A stretch of 64,000 bases of DNA from an uncultured Candidatus Rokubacteria bacterium (GTDB lineage: Bacteria; Methylomirabilota; Methylomirabilia; Rokubacteriales; CSP1-6): contig CAVXJS010000022.1 in the NCBI GenBank assembly GCA_963762145.1, forward strand, positions 116,536 to 180,535, in the 5' to 3' direction. Each line of letters opens with the position of its first letter. The first letter of the stretch is position 1. Shown piece by piece: positions 20,372 to 30,818 of this stretch. The notes under the pieces were generated by a model that was given only the letters and a program-made list of their open reading frames with translations, searched no databases and had not been told where the DNA came from. Both the position numbers and the translations under genes were made by a program.

Positions 20372-20668
20372 ATCATTCAGACTGGACCGGAAACAGCGAC
20401 TGCCTCAAGCGAGGGTATCTCGCACAGCCTCGGGCTGCCCACTCCCGCATCCTCCGCCCTGGGCATCACCGCAGAAGCGCTGCTGCTCGAGCTGCGGAGT
20501 TCGCGCACCGACCTCGCGCGGCTGGTCGAGGCGGTGTGGCGCGATCACTTCATGGAGCTCGTGGTGCCCCAGCAGAGCGTGGACGCCTGGGAGCGACGGG
20601 AGCCCGAGTTGTGGCGGAAGGTCAGCGCCTGGCTGGCCGAGCGGGGAGTTCCGGTCCACCGGATCTAG
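20372..20668 (+). CDS. small hypothetical protein missing from the ORF track (no canonical start)
   Basis: Open frame ..ALLLELRSSRTDLARLVEAVWRDHFMELVVPQQSVDAWERREPELWRKVSAWLAERGVPVHRI*; TTGACA-17-TAGGCT at 20337-20365. Confidence 0.45.
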   Translation: MIQTGPETATASSEGISHSLGLPTPASSALGITAEALLLELRSSRTDLARLVEAVWRDHFMELVVPQQSVDAWERREPELWRKVSAWLAERGVPVHRI

Positions 20669-20712
20669 CGGGGACACTCGTCTCCGCGTCGCAACCGTAG
20701 GTCGTAGGGATA

Positions 20713-20760
20713 AATGGTCGGGGTGAGAGGATTTGACCCTTCGCCTCCCTGCTCCCAAAG
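20713..20760 (-). repeat. att-like duplication of the tRNA-Pro 3' half
   Basis: 48 bp matching 24832-24879 with 3 mismatches, ending in the anticodon arm. Confidence 0.9.
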
Positions 20761-20852
20761 GCGATTCGCGCTCCACCCGCCTCGTAAAAGCCTGAGTTTC
20801 CTAAGCCGTGCCCGCAGGGGCGGGGGCGGACTCTGCACAGAAACAACACAGC

Positions 20853-21135
20853 ATGCGAGGGCTCGGCAGCGTCTATCAGCGTGGAGAAGTCTGGTGGGTG
20901 GTGCGGCTTCTGCGACACCGGCTGGCTGGCCTTAACCTTCGAGGACCTTGCGGCCCATTGCATCCAGGACCGCGAAGACGCGGCACCACGGGAGCATGCC
21001 TCCACTGGTCCAAGAGTCGCGTGGCGAACCTCAAGAGCTTCTTCGGAGGCGTGCGGGCCGCAGAAATCACGACTCACCGAATGCGGACACCCGAGACGAG
21101 TCAATGTGTCTCTCAAGGTAGACATGCTTGCCTGA
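20853..21135 (+). pseudogene. tyrosine integrase N-terminal remnant
   Basis: MRGLGSVYQRGEVWWV..LTFEDLA..VANLKSFFGGVRAAEITT next to the att copy. Confidence 0.65.
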
Positions 21136-21268
21136 AGGCCTACAAGAAGTCCTAGCGGACTCCCGCAGCGCGGGTGTAAGTTCACCCCCGCTTGGCCGTC
21201 CTCCGCCCGGTCCCTAACGCTCCGGGAAGGGAGGTTCATCGGGGTGCTCGATTCGGGAGATCGGTGGG

Positions 21269-22605
21269 ATGGGTCAACAGAGGCCGGATGCGGTCATAAG
21301 GGGAGTTCCGTACAGAGGCGGTTTCGTTCTCTGCCTCCTCATCGTGACGCTCGGCTGTGCGTCGCCGAAGCGACCACCCGATAACCGCCCGATAGTGACC
21401 GGGCCATCCCCAGGCCCAGTCGTTGGCCAGTTCGCCTCGTTTTGCCTCGGGCGGCCCTGACGCCCAAGAAGTACGGTGCGAACGAGGGCTATCCGGTCAA
21501 GGCAATCTCTCGACTCCCGTTCTTCGTCGGCACGTTCAGCCACTACGACGAACTGCTGGAGGGTCGGACGATCCGCCGGGCCGCCTCGCCTTCACGGCTG
21601 CTTCGTGCGCCCAGCGAGCCCGCCCTGCGTTACGAGTACCAGACCGAGACCCGCTCGCTCGACGACTACCTTGCGCGTAACCCGGCCACCGGACTCCTGA
21701 TCGCGCGTGGTGACACCATCCTCGTCGAGCGCTATCAGTATGCGCGGACGGATCGGCATCGCTTCGCGTCGTTTTCGATGGCCAAGACGGTCACGGCCAT
21801 GCTGGTCGGGCTCGCGATCGCTGAGAACCTCATCCGTTCGGTAGACGATCCGGCCGGGTCCTACGTGCCCGCGCTCGCTGACACCGAGTACGGCCGCACG
21901 TCGCTCCGGCACCTGTTGCAGATGTCCTCGGGCGTCCGCTTTCGCGAGAACTATTCCGGTCAAGACGATGTCGCGCGGCTGTTCGCCGCGACGGTGCTCC
22001 AGGACGGCCCGGGCGGCGTGGAGGCCGTGAAGCCGTACAACGAACGTGTCCGCTGGAGCGGCGCCCTGTTCTCCTACGCATCCGTCGAAACCCAGGTGCT
22101 TGGTCTGGTCCTTCGAAGCGTGGTCGGGAGGCCGGTGGCCGAGTACTTTCGGGATAGGATCTGGGAGCCAATAGGGGCCGAAGCAGACGCTACCTGGATT
22201 ATCGACGCCTCGGGGCAGGAGGCAACCTACTGCTGTCTCAACGCGGTGCTGCGCGACTACGCGCGGCTCGGTTTGCTGCTCGCGCACGACGGTCGGCTCG
22301 GCGACCGACAGATCATCCCGAAGGAGTGGTTGTACGCGGCTACGACCATCGCCCCGAACGACTGGCACCTCAGGAGAGTATGGGACCGCACCGGCTTCGG
22401 CTATGGCTATCAGACCTGGATCTTTCCCGGCGAGCGTCGAATGTTCGCCCTGATCGGCGTGCATGGCCAGGCCATCTACGTCGATCCGGCGAGCCGCCTC
22501 GTCATGGTTCACACGGCTGTGCGCGAGCAAGCCGATGATCCCAACGAAGAGACCATCGCGCTGTGGCGACGCGTCGTGGGCGTTGTGGGGGCGAGACCTC
22601 AGTGA
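21269..22605 (+). CDS. serine hydrolase, class C beta-lactamase family (main ORF 21442-22605; N-terminus frameshifted)
   Basis: SFSMAK (SxxK), LLQMSSG, FSYAS, GYGYQTW, GVHGQ. Confidence 0.85.
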
Positions 22606-22654
22606 GGCGAAAGCGCCTGCGTCCTTTTCCCGAAGGGGCGAACAAACCGGAAGC

Positions 22655-22945
22655 TGGAGGTCTGATGTCCTATGGGGCCATGTGCCCTCGTGGACAAGAT
22701 CCTCAGGTCCCAAGCCCGGCGACCTCCCCATCGAGCACCCCAGCAACTTCGAGCTGGTCATCAACATCAAGACCGCCAAGGCCCTCGGCCTCACGATCCC
22801 GCCGTCGCTCCTGCCGCGGGCGGATCAGGTGATCGAGTGTGGACCGGCGTTCATAGGGGCTCTGACTGGCGGCCTCCTCGCCGCGCCGCTCGCGGCCGAG
22901 GCGCAGAGCGGCTACAAGTCCGAGTTCAAGATGTCCATCGTCGCT
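22655..22945 (+). pseudogene. ABC_sub_bind C-terminal fragment joined to the start of a next paralog
   Basis: [42 protein letters not shown] then [20 protein letters not shown]. Confidence 0.8.
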
Positions 22946-23188
22946 GACCTAGCGCGGTGCCCTCGTCCCAACCGGGTGCTACGGGCGCGCCCGGCATGCA
23001 CGCCCGAAGGTGGACGGGTCGCCCGCTTGTGGCCGCCTCTTCGGGCTACGTCGAAGTGTCAAATCCATAACACGTGCAGATTTTTCAGATGCGGAACTAC
23101 GCGCCGCCCTCGTTTCACCTCGGTAACTACCTCCCGCGCCCTACGCCTCGCCCCGCGCAATTGCTTGAGAAGTCACACTGGAGCCAAC

Positions 23189-23204
23189 TGGAATGCGGCT
23201 TGCT
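23189..23204 (+). promoter_or_regulatory. sigma54-like promoter
   Basis: TGGAATGCGGCTTGCT. Confidence 0.65.
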
Positions 23205-23217
23205 CCGTTGAGAAGTC

Positions 23218-23376
23218 ATGGACATCGTGCAACTGGCCCTCGTGCTTGGCCCACTACTCGGGGCTGCGGTCGGCTATCTTATTGACGGCATAACCGGCGC
23301 GACGTCGGGCTTCGTGATCCCGATCGGGCCGCTGGTCGTGGCGTGGCTCGTAGGGGGCGCTGACCATGCGCTATGA
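23218..23376 (+). CDS. 52-aa membrane protein, paralog of 5931-6266
   Basis: [52 protein letters not shown]. Confidence 0.6.
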   Translation: MDIVQLALVLGPLLGAAVGYLIDGITGATSGFVIPIGPLVVAWLVGGADHAL

Positions 23377-23645
23377 CCGCTACGGCAGAAACGATCGTCC
23401 AAGTCCTCGGGCCAGGCGCGAAGAACGTGTTCGTCCCCAGCGCGTGAGGGTGGCGAGGCCGCTCAAACGCATTCTGGTGAGGTTCGATCGTGCGAGTCGT
23501 TGAAGCATTGACGCTGTTGCTAGTGGCGACGGTCCTCTTCATGTGGGTTATCTTCGCGCACCCGACCCAAGAGGAAAGGGCCCGCCTGCATGATTCGATG
23601 GGCCAGAGCACGGGCATTATGTGGCGCTAGCTCGAATCGGAGGCG

Positions 23646-24062
23646 CTAAATCCCCTCGCGCTGGAGTAGGAAGACCCCGATGGCGATGAGGCCGATGGCG
23701 AATAGCTTCATCCACGTGAACGGCTCCTTCAAGACCATGAACCCGACCAGCAACACAAGCGCCGTGGACGTACCTCCGATCACGAACGTTGACGTCACCT
23801 TCAAGCCGCTGGAGTACGCCGACAACGTGAACAAGTCAGCGCAGGCTGCGGCCAGCCCTACCACGATGACGAAGTACAGGCTGCTCTGCTTCGTCAGGCT
23901 GACGGGAGCGCCACTCGCCTTCAGCGTGACCGTCAACGCCAGGTTCGCGAGGAACGCTACGCCAGTGCGGGGTGAATGCCGGGAGATGCCAGCTTGAGGA
24001 AGATCGAGTACGTGGCCATCGCGAAATCCCGCGAGGAACGCGAACGTCAGATCGTGCGCCAT
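23646..24062 (-). CDS. EamA/DMT-like small transporter
   Basis: Hydrophobic helices, C-terminal LKEPFTWMKLFAIGLIAIGVFLL. Confidence 0.7.
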   Translation of the reverse strand: MAHDLTFAFLAGFRDGHVLDLPQAGISRHSPRTGVAFLANLALTVTLKASGAPVSLTKQSSLYFVIVVGLAAACADLFTLSAYSSGLKVTSTFVIGGTSTALVLLVGFMVLKEPFTWMKLFAIGLIAIGVFLLQREGI

Positions 24063-24262
24063 AATGGGCAGTACGGTAGCATGCGGCTAGCTCGCCTCCC
24101 CTCAACCACGATCAGCCGCAGCGGCCGTCAGCGTCCGGCACCGGAATGCCCTCGACACGATGGCCGCACCATTCGACAAGTGCTCCAGGGTTGGGTTAGC
24201 AAGTTGTACCGACAAGTAGTAGTTTTCAATAGGTAACCATCGTAATGGGGTGGCAGGTCGCG

Positions 24263-24278
24263 CGGCACATTAGATGCA
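24263..24278 (+). promoter_or_regulatory. sigma54-like promoter
   Basis: CGGCACATTAGATGCA = GG-N10-GC. Confidence 0.45.
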
Positions 24279-24294
24279 TGGTCTACTCGCCATC

Positions 24295-24741
24295 ATGAAA
24301 ACAAAGACTCAACCCGGTGAACGCGTGACCACCGTGGTCGTCGTGGACGACGACCCTGATTACCTCTGGGTCGTCCGCTTCATCCTGGAATCGGGGCCGG
24401 ACCAGACAGTCATCGTGGGTGAGGCTGGAAGCGGCGAGGAGGCCCTCGGGTTGGTGCTACACAAACACCCCGACATCGTCATCGTTGACTTGATGATGCC
24501 TCGCCTCAACGGTCTGGAGTTGACGAGGCGCATCAAGCAGGAACGGCCTCAGACGAAGATCCTCCTGATGAGCGCTTACACCGAGGATACGTATCGGCGC
24601 ATCGCCTCCGTGAGTGGCGCTGACGGGTTCGTAAACAAGAACCTGATTCAAACCGCTCTAGGCCCTGCGATCCGCGAGATCATGGTCCAGCCGCCGTCGA
24701 CCTTGCCTGAACCTCCGCCGTCCTCTTCTCAACCCGCCTGA
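24295..24741 (+). CDS. single-domain response regulator (alternative start 24274)
   Basis: VVVDDD, DLMMPRLNGLE, SAY, GADGFVNK. Confidence 0.88.
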   Translation: MKTKTQPGERVTTVVVVDDDPDYLWVVRFILESGPDQTVIVGEAGSGEEALGLVLHKHPDIVIVDLMMPRLNGLELTRRIKQERPQTKILLMSAYTEDTYRRIASVSGADGFVNKNLIQTALGPAIREIMVQPPSTLPEPPPSSSQPA

Positions 24742-24833
24742 TCTGCCATTCGTTTGTGGGTGCTGGCATGCGGAGATGATGGCGCGGTCGCGGGAAGCTT
24801 GCGGAACCGGGACTCTGGCGGGCGTTGTAAGAA

Positions 24834-24910
24834 TGGTCGGGGTGAGAGGATTTGAACCTCCGACTCCCTGCTCCCAAAGCAGGTGCGCTACCGGGCTGCG
24901 CCACACCCCG
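24834..24910 (-). tRNA. tRNA-Pro(TGG)
   Basis: CGGGGTGTGGCGCAGCCCGGTAGCGCACCTGCTTTGGGAGCAGG..TTCAAATCC..CCCCGACCA. Confidence 0.97.
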
Positions 24911-24933
24911 ATTCCGACCGCGCCAGCAGTATA

Positions 24934-25535
24934 TCAACCCGTCCAGCGCTGGAGTAGCGCGCGCGCCTGGGCCATGGCGCGGCCGCGGTGGCTGACGGCG
25001 TGCTTGGCCTCGGCGGGAATCTCCGCGAAGGTGGCGTCGAGCGGCGGATAGAAGAAGAGCGGGATCGTAGCCGAAGCCGCCCGCGCCCCGCGGCGCGTCC
25101 AGCAGCACTCCCTCGACCTCCCCTCCGTCAGTGACCTCGCGGCCGCCGGCGCCGGCAGCGCGATCAGCGCGCGGTAACGGGCGGTGCGCCGCGCGGGCGG
25201 CACGCCCTCGAGGTCGCGGAGCATGCGCGGCATTGCGGCCGGCGTCGTCGAGTCCTCGCCGCCGAAGCGGGCGGAGAGCACGCCCGGCCGGCCGCCGAAG
25301 CGCATCGACCTCGATGCCCGAGTCGTCGGCGAGCGCCAGGAGCCCGGTCGCCGCGGCCGACCGCGCGCGCCTTGCCCAGGGCGTTGTCGGCGTACGAGGT
25401 CTCGCCCTCGGGCGGCAGCGCGACGCCGGGGAAGTCGGCGAGGTCGTGGATGCGGATACGGCACGTCCGCCAGGAGGGCCGCCATCTCGCGGGCCTTGGC
25501 GCGGTTGGCCGTGGCCAGGACCAGCCGCCGGTCAG
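24934..25535 (-). CDS. rdgB: non-canonical purine NTP pyrophosphatase, frameshifted
   Basis: [40 protein letters not shown] in different frames. Confidence 0.8.
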
Positions 25536-26270
25536 AGGGTGAAGGTCTTCTCGCCACGCGCCTCGAGGGCGCGGCGCTGGAGCGCCGACGAGCTGGGCGA
25601 TGCCGGCGCCGGCGAGCGCCAGCAGCTCGTCGAGGCGCGCCTTGGAGAACGGGGTCTGCTCGGCGGTGCCCTGCACCTCGACGAAGGCGCCCGCGCCCGG
25701 TCATCACCACGTTCATGTCCACCTCGGCGGTGGAGTCCTCCACGTAGTCGAGGTCGAGCACGGGCCGGCTGCCCACCATGCCCACGCTGATCGCGGCGAC
25801 GCGTCCCGGATCGGCGAGCCCGGCGAGCGCCCCCGACTTCAGCAGGTGCCGATGGCATCGGCCAGCGGCCACGAAGGCGCCGGTGATCGCGGCCGTGCGC
25901 GTGCCCGCCGTCGGCCTGGATGACGTCGCAGTCCAGCCAGACCGTCCGCTCGCCGAGCTTCGGCCATCTCGACCACCGCGCGCAGCGACCGGCCGACGAG
26001 GCGCTGGATCTCCTGCGAGCGGCCGCTCGGGCCGCTCCGCTCGCGCGCCGTCCGGGTATTGGTGGAGCGCGGCAGCATGCCGTACTCCGCCGTGACCCAG
26101 CCCTTGCCCGCGGCCCTTGAGGAACGGCGGCACCTTCTCCTCGACCGAGGCCGTGCAGAGCACCTTGGTGTCGCCGAACTAGACGAGCACCGAGCCCTCG
26201 GGGTGGCGCAGATAGTCGCGCGATGATCGTGACCGGCCGGAGCTGATCCGGTCGCCGGCCGTCGTGGCGC
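25532..26270 (-). CDS. rph: ribonuclease PH, frameshifted
   Basis: [48 protein letters not shown]. Confidence 0.85.
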
Positions 26271-26274
26271 GGAA

Positions 26275-27815
26275 TGAGTGGATCGTCGGGTCGGCCGCCT
26301 TTGGCCGGCAGGGCTGCGCGGTGCGCAGGCGCTGGTCATAGCGGCGCTTGTACTCGGCGAGCCCGGCGTAGATCGCCCGCGCGACCGACTCGCGGTGCTC
26401 CGGCGTGGCCGAGCTTCTTCTCCTCCTTGGGATTGGTGAGAAAGCCGATCTCGATGAGGATGGCGGGCATGGCCGCGCCGCCCAGCACGTAGAAGCCCGG
26501 CCTGCTTGACCCCGCGATTGACCAGGTTGAGGGACTTGCGTCATCGAGTCCAGGACCGTCTCGGCCATGAAGCTCGACTCCTCCTGGAACTCGGACTGGG
26601 CCAGGTCCCAGAGGATGCTCTTGAGCACGTCGCCCCGCTGGCGCGAGCCGGGGCTCTCGAGCTGGACCACGCCGTTCTCGATCGCCGCCACCTGCCGCGC
26701 GCCGCTGTCGGACGCCTCGGAGGAGAGGAAGTAGGTCTCGACGCCTTCCGACACCGACTGCGGATGGGCATTGGCGTGAATGGACACGAAGAGGTCGGCG
26801 CGCTGCTTGTTGGCGAAGTTGGTGCGGTCGCGCAGCGGCACGAACACGTCGCTGTCCGGCTCAGCACGACCTTCACGCCGAGGCCGGCCTCGACCTTCTT
26901 GGCCACGCGGCGCGTCACGTCCAGGACCACTTCCTTCTCCTGAACTCCGGTCGGGCCGACCGCGCCCGAGTCGTGGCCGCCGTGGCCGGCGTCCATCACG
27001 ATCAGCCGGAGCGGCTGCATCGTGCCGCGCCCCGGCTCGCCCGCGCCGCTGCTCTCCCGGGGGCGGTGAATGTCGAGCACGAGCCGGTATGGGATCCTGA
27101 AGCACGGTGTGCTTCACCTCGCCCGCGGTGCCCTGGAGCAGCACGCGCAGCACCGCGGTGTCGCCCACCGGCTCGAGGCGAACCTCCTGCACGAGCCCGT
27201 CGTTGATCTCCTCGACCCGGGAGCGGGAGAGCGAGCCAGGCCGGGCAGCCGCACGCGCACCTCTTCGTCGCCGGTGACCACCGCGTAGGCCAGCTTCCCG
27301 CCGGTCTCGATGACGATGCGCGTGAACGAGGGATAGGAGCGGTAGCGCAGCTCCTCGAGCGGCACCGCGGCCTGGACCACCTTGGTCGCGGGCTTGCGCG
27401 CCGCGGTCGGCAGGGCGAGCGAGACCGAGGGCGCCAGCCTCGGGAGGCCCTTGCCCAGGAAATCACGCGAGACGAGCCACTCCCGCCCGTTCACCTGCGG
27501 GGGTAGATCGAGGGTGACGGCCTGGCCGTCGACGGTGGTACGCGTGTGGCCGCGGGTGAACTCGGCCACCCGGGTGCCGACAGTCAGGGTGCCGCGGTCC
27601 CCCTTCACCGCCCAGGCGCCCTTGAGCAGCGCGGCCAGGTGGTCGGGGGCGATGTAGGCACTGCCATCGTCCATGATCGTGATGGTCAGGAGCCCGCGGC
27701 TGACACCCTGGTCACGCACTTCCAGAGATTCCGGACGCGCGGCCTGGGCCGAGCCGAAGACACAGCCCATCAATCCGAGGACCAGCCAGACGGGCATCGA
27801 GAGTCGTCGCATCAT
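26275..27815 (-). CDS. N-acetylmuramoyl-L-alanine amidase, frameshifted
   Basis: Signal peptide; [23 protein letters not shown] across frames. Confidence 0.82.
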
Positions 27816-27900
27816 GATCGCAGGGGGCGTGGCGAGGCCATTCTAGCAACGGAGCGAGGGGGCGGCGAAGCACCAATTTGTGATAGGCTTCGCCCCCGAG

Positions 27901-30246
27901 ATGGGAGAGTTCGGCATCGGGCAGTCCGTCAAGCGATTCGAGGACGTCCGACTGCTGCGGGGTGAAGGGCGCTTTCACGCCGACGTGAACCTCCCCGGCC
28001 AGGTCCACGCGGTACTGGTGCGCTCTCCCCACGCCCACGCGCGCATCCGCGCGATCGACATCGCCCCCGCCCTCCGCGCGCCGGGAGTGCTCGCCGTCTA
28101 TACCGGCGCCGACGTCGCGCGCGACGGCCTCGGCACCATGAGGATGACGCTCAAGCGCACCCGGCCCGACGGCTCGCCGATGTTCGCGCCGCCGCACCGA
28201 GGACTCGCACTGGACCGCGCGCGTCACGTGGGTGACGCGGTGGCGATGGTGGTGGCGGAGACCCGCGCGCAGGCCGAGGACGCGGCCGACCTGGTGCGCG
28301 TGGACTACGAGCCCCTCCCCGCGGTGACCGACACCGCGGCGGCCGCCGAGGCCGGGGCGCCCGCGGTCTGGGACGAGTGCCCGGACAATGTCTCCAACCT
28401 GTACCCGGCGGGCGATGCGGGAGCCACCGACGCCGCCTTTGCGCGCGCCCACCGCGTCGTCCGGCGCCGCTACGTGATCACCCGCGTCCACGCCCAGTTC
28501 ATGGAGGCGCGCGGGGCCCTCGGCACCTACGACCCGGGCGAGGATCGCTACACGCTCTACGCCGACGTGCAGTACCCGCACCGCGTGCGCAACGCCCTGG
28601 CGACGAACATCTTCAAGATCCCGGAGCATCAGATCCGCGTCATCGCTGGGGACGTGGGCGGGGCCTTCGGGACCAAGGGCTGGCAGTACGTCGAGCACCG
28701 CCTCGTGCTGTGGGCCGCGCGCAAGCTCGGCCGGCCGGTCAAGTGGCTCTGCGAGCGGCGGGAGGCGATCCCGGCCGACGAGCACGCGCGCGACAACGTG
28801 ACCGAGGCGGAGCTGGCGCTCGACGCGCAGGGACGCTTCCTCGCGCTGCGGGTGCGCACCCTCGCCAACGTGGGCGCCTACGTGTCGTCCGATCGCAACC
28901 TGCTCGCCACGTTCAGCAACGTTGCGACCCTCGTCGGCGTCTACACCTTCCCGGCCGCGCACGTCGAGGTCCGCTGCATGCTGACCAACACCAACTCCAC
29001 CGCGCCCTACCGCGGCGCGGGCCGGCCCGAGGCCACCTACGTCATCGAGCGGCTCATCGACGACGCGGCGCGCGAGCTTGGGGAGGACCGTCTGGCCCTG
29101 CGGCGCGCGAACCTCATTCCGGCCGCCGCCATGCCGTACAAGACCGCGCTTGGCGTCACGTACGACTGCGGCGAGTTCGAGCAGTCCATGGACGCCGCGC
29201 TGAAGCTGGCGGACGTCGCCGGCTTCGCGGCGCGGCGCGAGACCTCGAAGGCGCGCGGCCGTCTGCGGGGGCTGGCGGTGGTGAACGCGATCGAGCAGGC
29301 GGCGGGCCCCCAGCCCGAATTCGCGGAGATTCGCTTCGCGCCGAGCGGCAGCGCGACCGTGTTCATGGGCACCAAGAATCAGGGCCAGGGGCACGAGACC
29401 ACCTTCAAGCAGGTCCTCCACGAGCGGCTCGGGCTCGACCCCGCCGACGTACGCTACATCGACGGCGACACCGATCGCGTCGGCTTCGGCATGGGCTCGA
29501 TGGGCTCCCGCTCGACGGTGATCGGGGGCACCGCGCTGTGGGTGGCCGCCGACAAGGTCATCGCCAAGGGCCGCAAGATCGCCGCGCGCCTGCTGGAGGC
29601 CGCGGAGGCGGACATCGGCTTCGGCGACGGGAAGTTCTCGGTGGTGGGCACGGATCGGTCGCTCTCGCTGAAGGAAGTGGCGCGGGCCGCCTTCCAGCCC
29701 GCCCAGCTTCCGCCCGGCCTCGAGCCCGGCTTCTACGAGACGGGGACCTTCTCGCCCAAGCAGGCCACGTGGCCGAACGGCTGTCACGTGTGCGAGGTCG
29801 AGGTGGATCCGGAGACGGGTGACGTGACCCTGGTGCGCTACGCCATCGCCGACGACGTGGGCACCGTCATCAATCCGTTGACGCTGAAGGGCCAGATCCA
29901 CGGCGGGGTCGCCCAGGGCGTCGGGCAGGCGCTCATGGAGCAGGTCGTCTACGAGCCGGGCTCCGGACAGCTGTTGACCGCGTCCTTCATGGAGTACGCG
30001 ATGCCGCGCGCCGACACGTTCTGCGACATGATCATCGAGAGCCACCCGGTCCCGACCAAGCTCAATCCGCTCGGGGCCAAGGGGGCCGGCGAGGCCGGCA
30101 CGGTCGGCGCGCTCCCCGCGGTCATCAACGCGGTGATGGACGCGCTCGCGCCGCTCGGCGTGCGCGAGCTCGACATGCCCGCAAGCAGCGACCGCGTGTG
30201 GCAGGCGATCCAGGGCGCGCGGGCCGGCGGGGGGCGCCCGGCCTAG
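27901..30246 (+). CDS. xanthine dehydrogenase-family molybdopterin subunit (CoxL form II-like)
   Basis: DVGGAFGTK, APYRGAGRPE, QGQGHET, GAKGAGE. Confidence 0.9.
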   Translation: MGEFGIGQSVKRFEDVRLLRGEGRFHADVNLPGQVHAVLVRSPHAHARIRAIDIAPALRAPGVLAVYTGADVARDGLGTMRMTLKRTRPDGSPMFAPPHRGLALDRARHVGDAVAMVVAETRAQAEDAADLVRVDYEPLPAVTDTAAAAEAGAPAVWDECPDNVSNLYPAGDAGATDAAFARAHRVVRRRYVITRVHAQFMEARGALGTYDPGEDRYTLYADVQYPHRVRNALATNIFKIPEHQIRVIAGDVGGAFGTKGWQYVEHRLVLWAARKLGRPVKWLCERREAIPADEHARDNVTEAELALDAQGRFLALRVRTLANVGAYVSSDRNLLATFSNVATLVGVYTFPAAHVEVRCMLTNTNSTAPYRGAGRPEATYVIERLIDDAARELGEDRLALRRANLIPAAAMPYKTALGVTYDCGEFEQSMDAALKLADVAGFAARRETSKARGRLRGLAVVNAIEQAAGPQPEFAEIRFAPSGSATVFMGTKNQGQGHETTFKQVLHERLGLDPADVRYIDGDTDRVGFGMGSMGSRSTVIGGTALWVAADKVIAKGRKIAARLLEAAEADIGFGDGKFSVVGTDRSLSLKEVARAAFQPAQLPPGLEPGFYETGTFSPKQATWPNGCHVCEVEVDPETGDVTLVRYAIADDVGTVINPLTLKGQIHGGVAQGVGQALMEQVVYEPGSGQLLTASFMEYAMPRADTFCDMIIESHPVPTKLNPLGAKGAGEAGTVGALPAVINAVMDALAPLGVRELDMPASSDRVWQAIQGARAGGGRPA

Positions 30247-30818
30247 AACCGGTACCGGACTCCGATCTCCAGTAGGTTGGAGCCGCTGTGAGAGAAGAGT
30301 CCGAAGATGCCCGAGCGGTGGTGAATGCGGCCCACCAGGCTCCAGTCGGAGTTCGGCAGCCCGACCGCGGCCTCGAGCAGGAGATAGTGCAGCAGGGTCG
30401 CGGCTTCGCTGCTGCGGGGATCGCGCTTCTCCAGCGCCGGCACCTCGCTCGTCACCGACAGCCCCCCGCCGAAGGCCACAGAGGTGTCCAGGTACCGGTC
30501 CCACGGAAACGTGATCCAGCGGACGTTGATGGAGCCCACGAACTCCACCATCTTCTGCTCGCCGAAGTGCTGGAGCATCTGCCCTTCCAGCTCCCAGCGC
30601 ATGTGCTTGCCCCAGTCCGTGAACTGATACGAGATCGAGAGTCCCGCGGTGTAAGAGTCCTTGAAGCCATGACCATCGAAGATATCGCGAAACTCTTTCC
30701 CCGAGTACAGACCGCCCAGCAGCGTCACCGCCCACTCCTTCTCCTCCGCGAACGCGCCGGTCGCGGAGGCGAGCGGCAGCAACGCAACCAGGGAGGTGAG
30801 CAGGAGCTTCGCGATCAT
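30243..30818 (-). CDS. outer-membrane beta-barrel protein (PagL-like)
   Basis: Signal peptide, RIHHRSG, C-terminal GVRYRF. Confidence 0.6.
   Translation of the reverse strand: MIAKLLLTSLVALLPLASATGAFAEEKEWAVTLLGGLYSGKEFRDIFDGHGFKDSYTAGLSISYQFTDWGKHMRWELEGQMLQHFGEQKMVEFVGSINVRWITFPWDRYLDTSVAFGGGLSVTSEVPALEKRDPRSSEAATLLHYLLLEAAVGLPNSDWSLVGRIHHRSGIFGLFSHSGSNLLEIGVRYRF

Noticed and set aside
20405-20776. ORF sharing 'GAGxRRxKSSHPDH' with the ORF at 24680-25108
   Set aside because: The similarity is just translation of the duplicated tRNA-Pro sequence
21442-22605. Bona fide beta-lactam resistance gene
   Set aside because: Generic SxxK serine hydrolase family; substrate cannot be inferred from sequence
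23374-23376. Selenocysteine or readthrough TGA in the micro-protein
   Set aside because: Aligns to an Arg codon in the paralog, so a simple nonsense change is more likely; no SECIS-like hairpin was evident
27901-30246. Aerobic CO dehydrogenase (form I)
   Set aside because: Active-site motif is YRGAGR rather than YxCSFR, and there is no adjacent coxM/coxS
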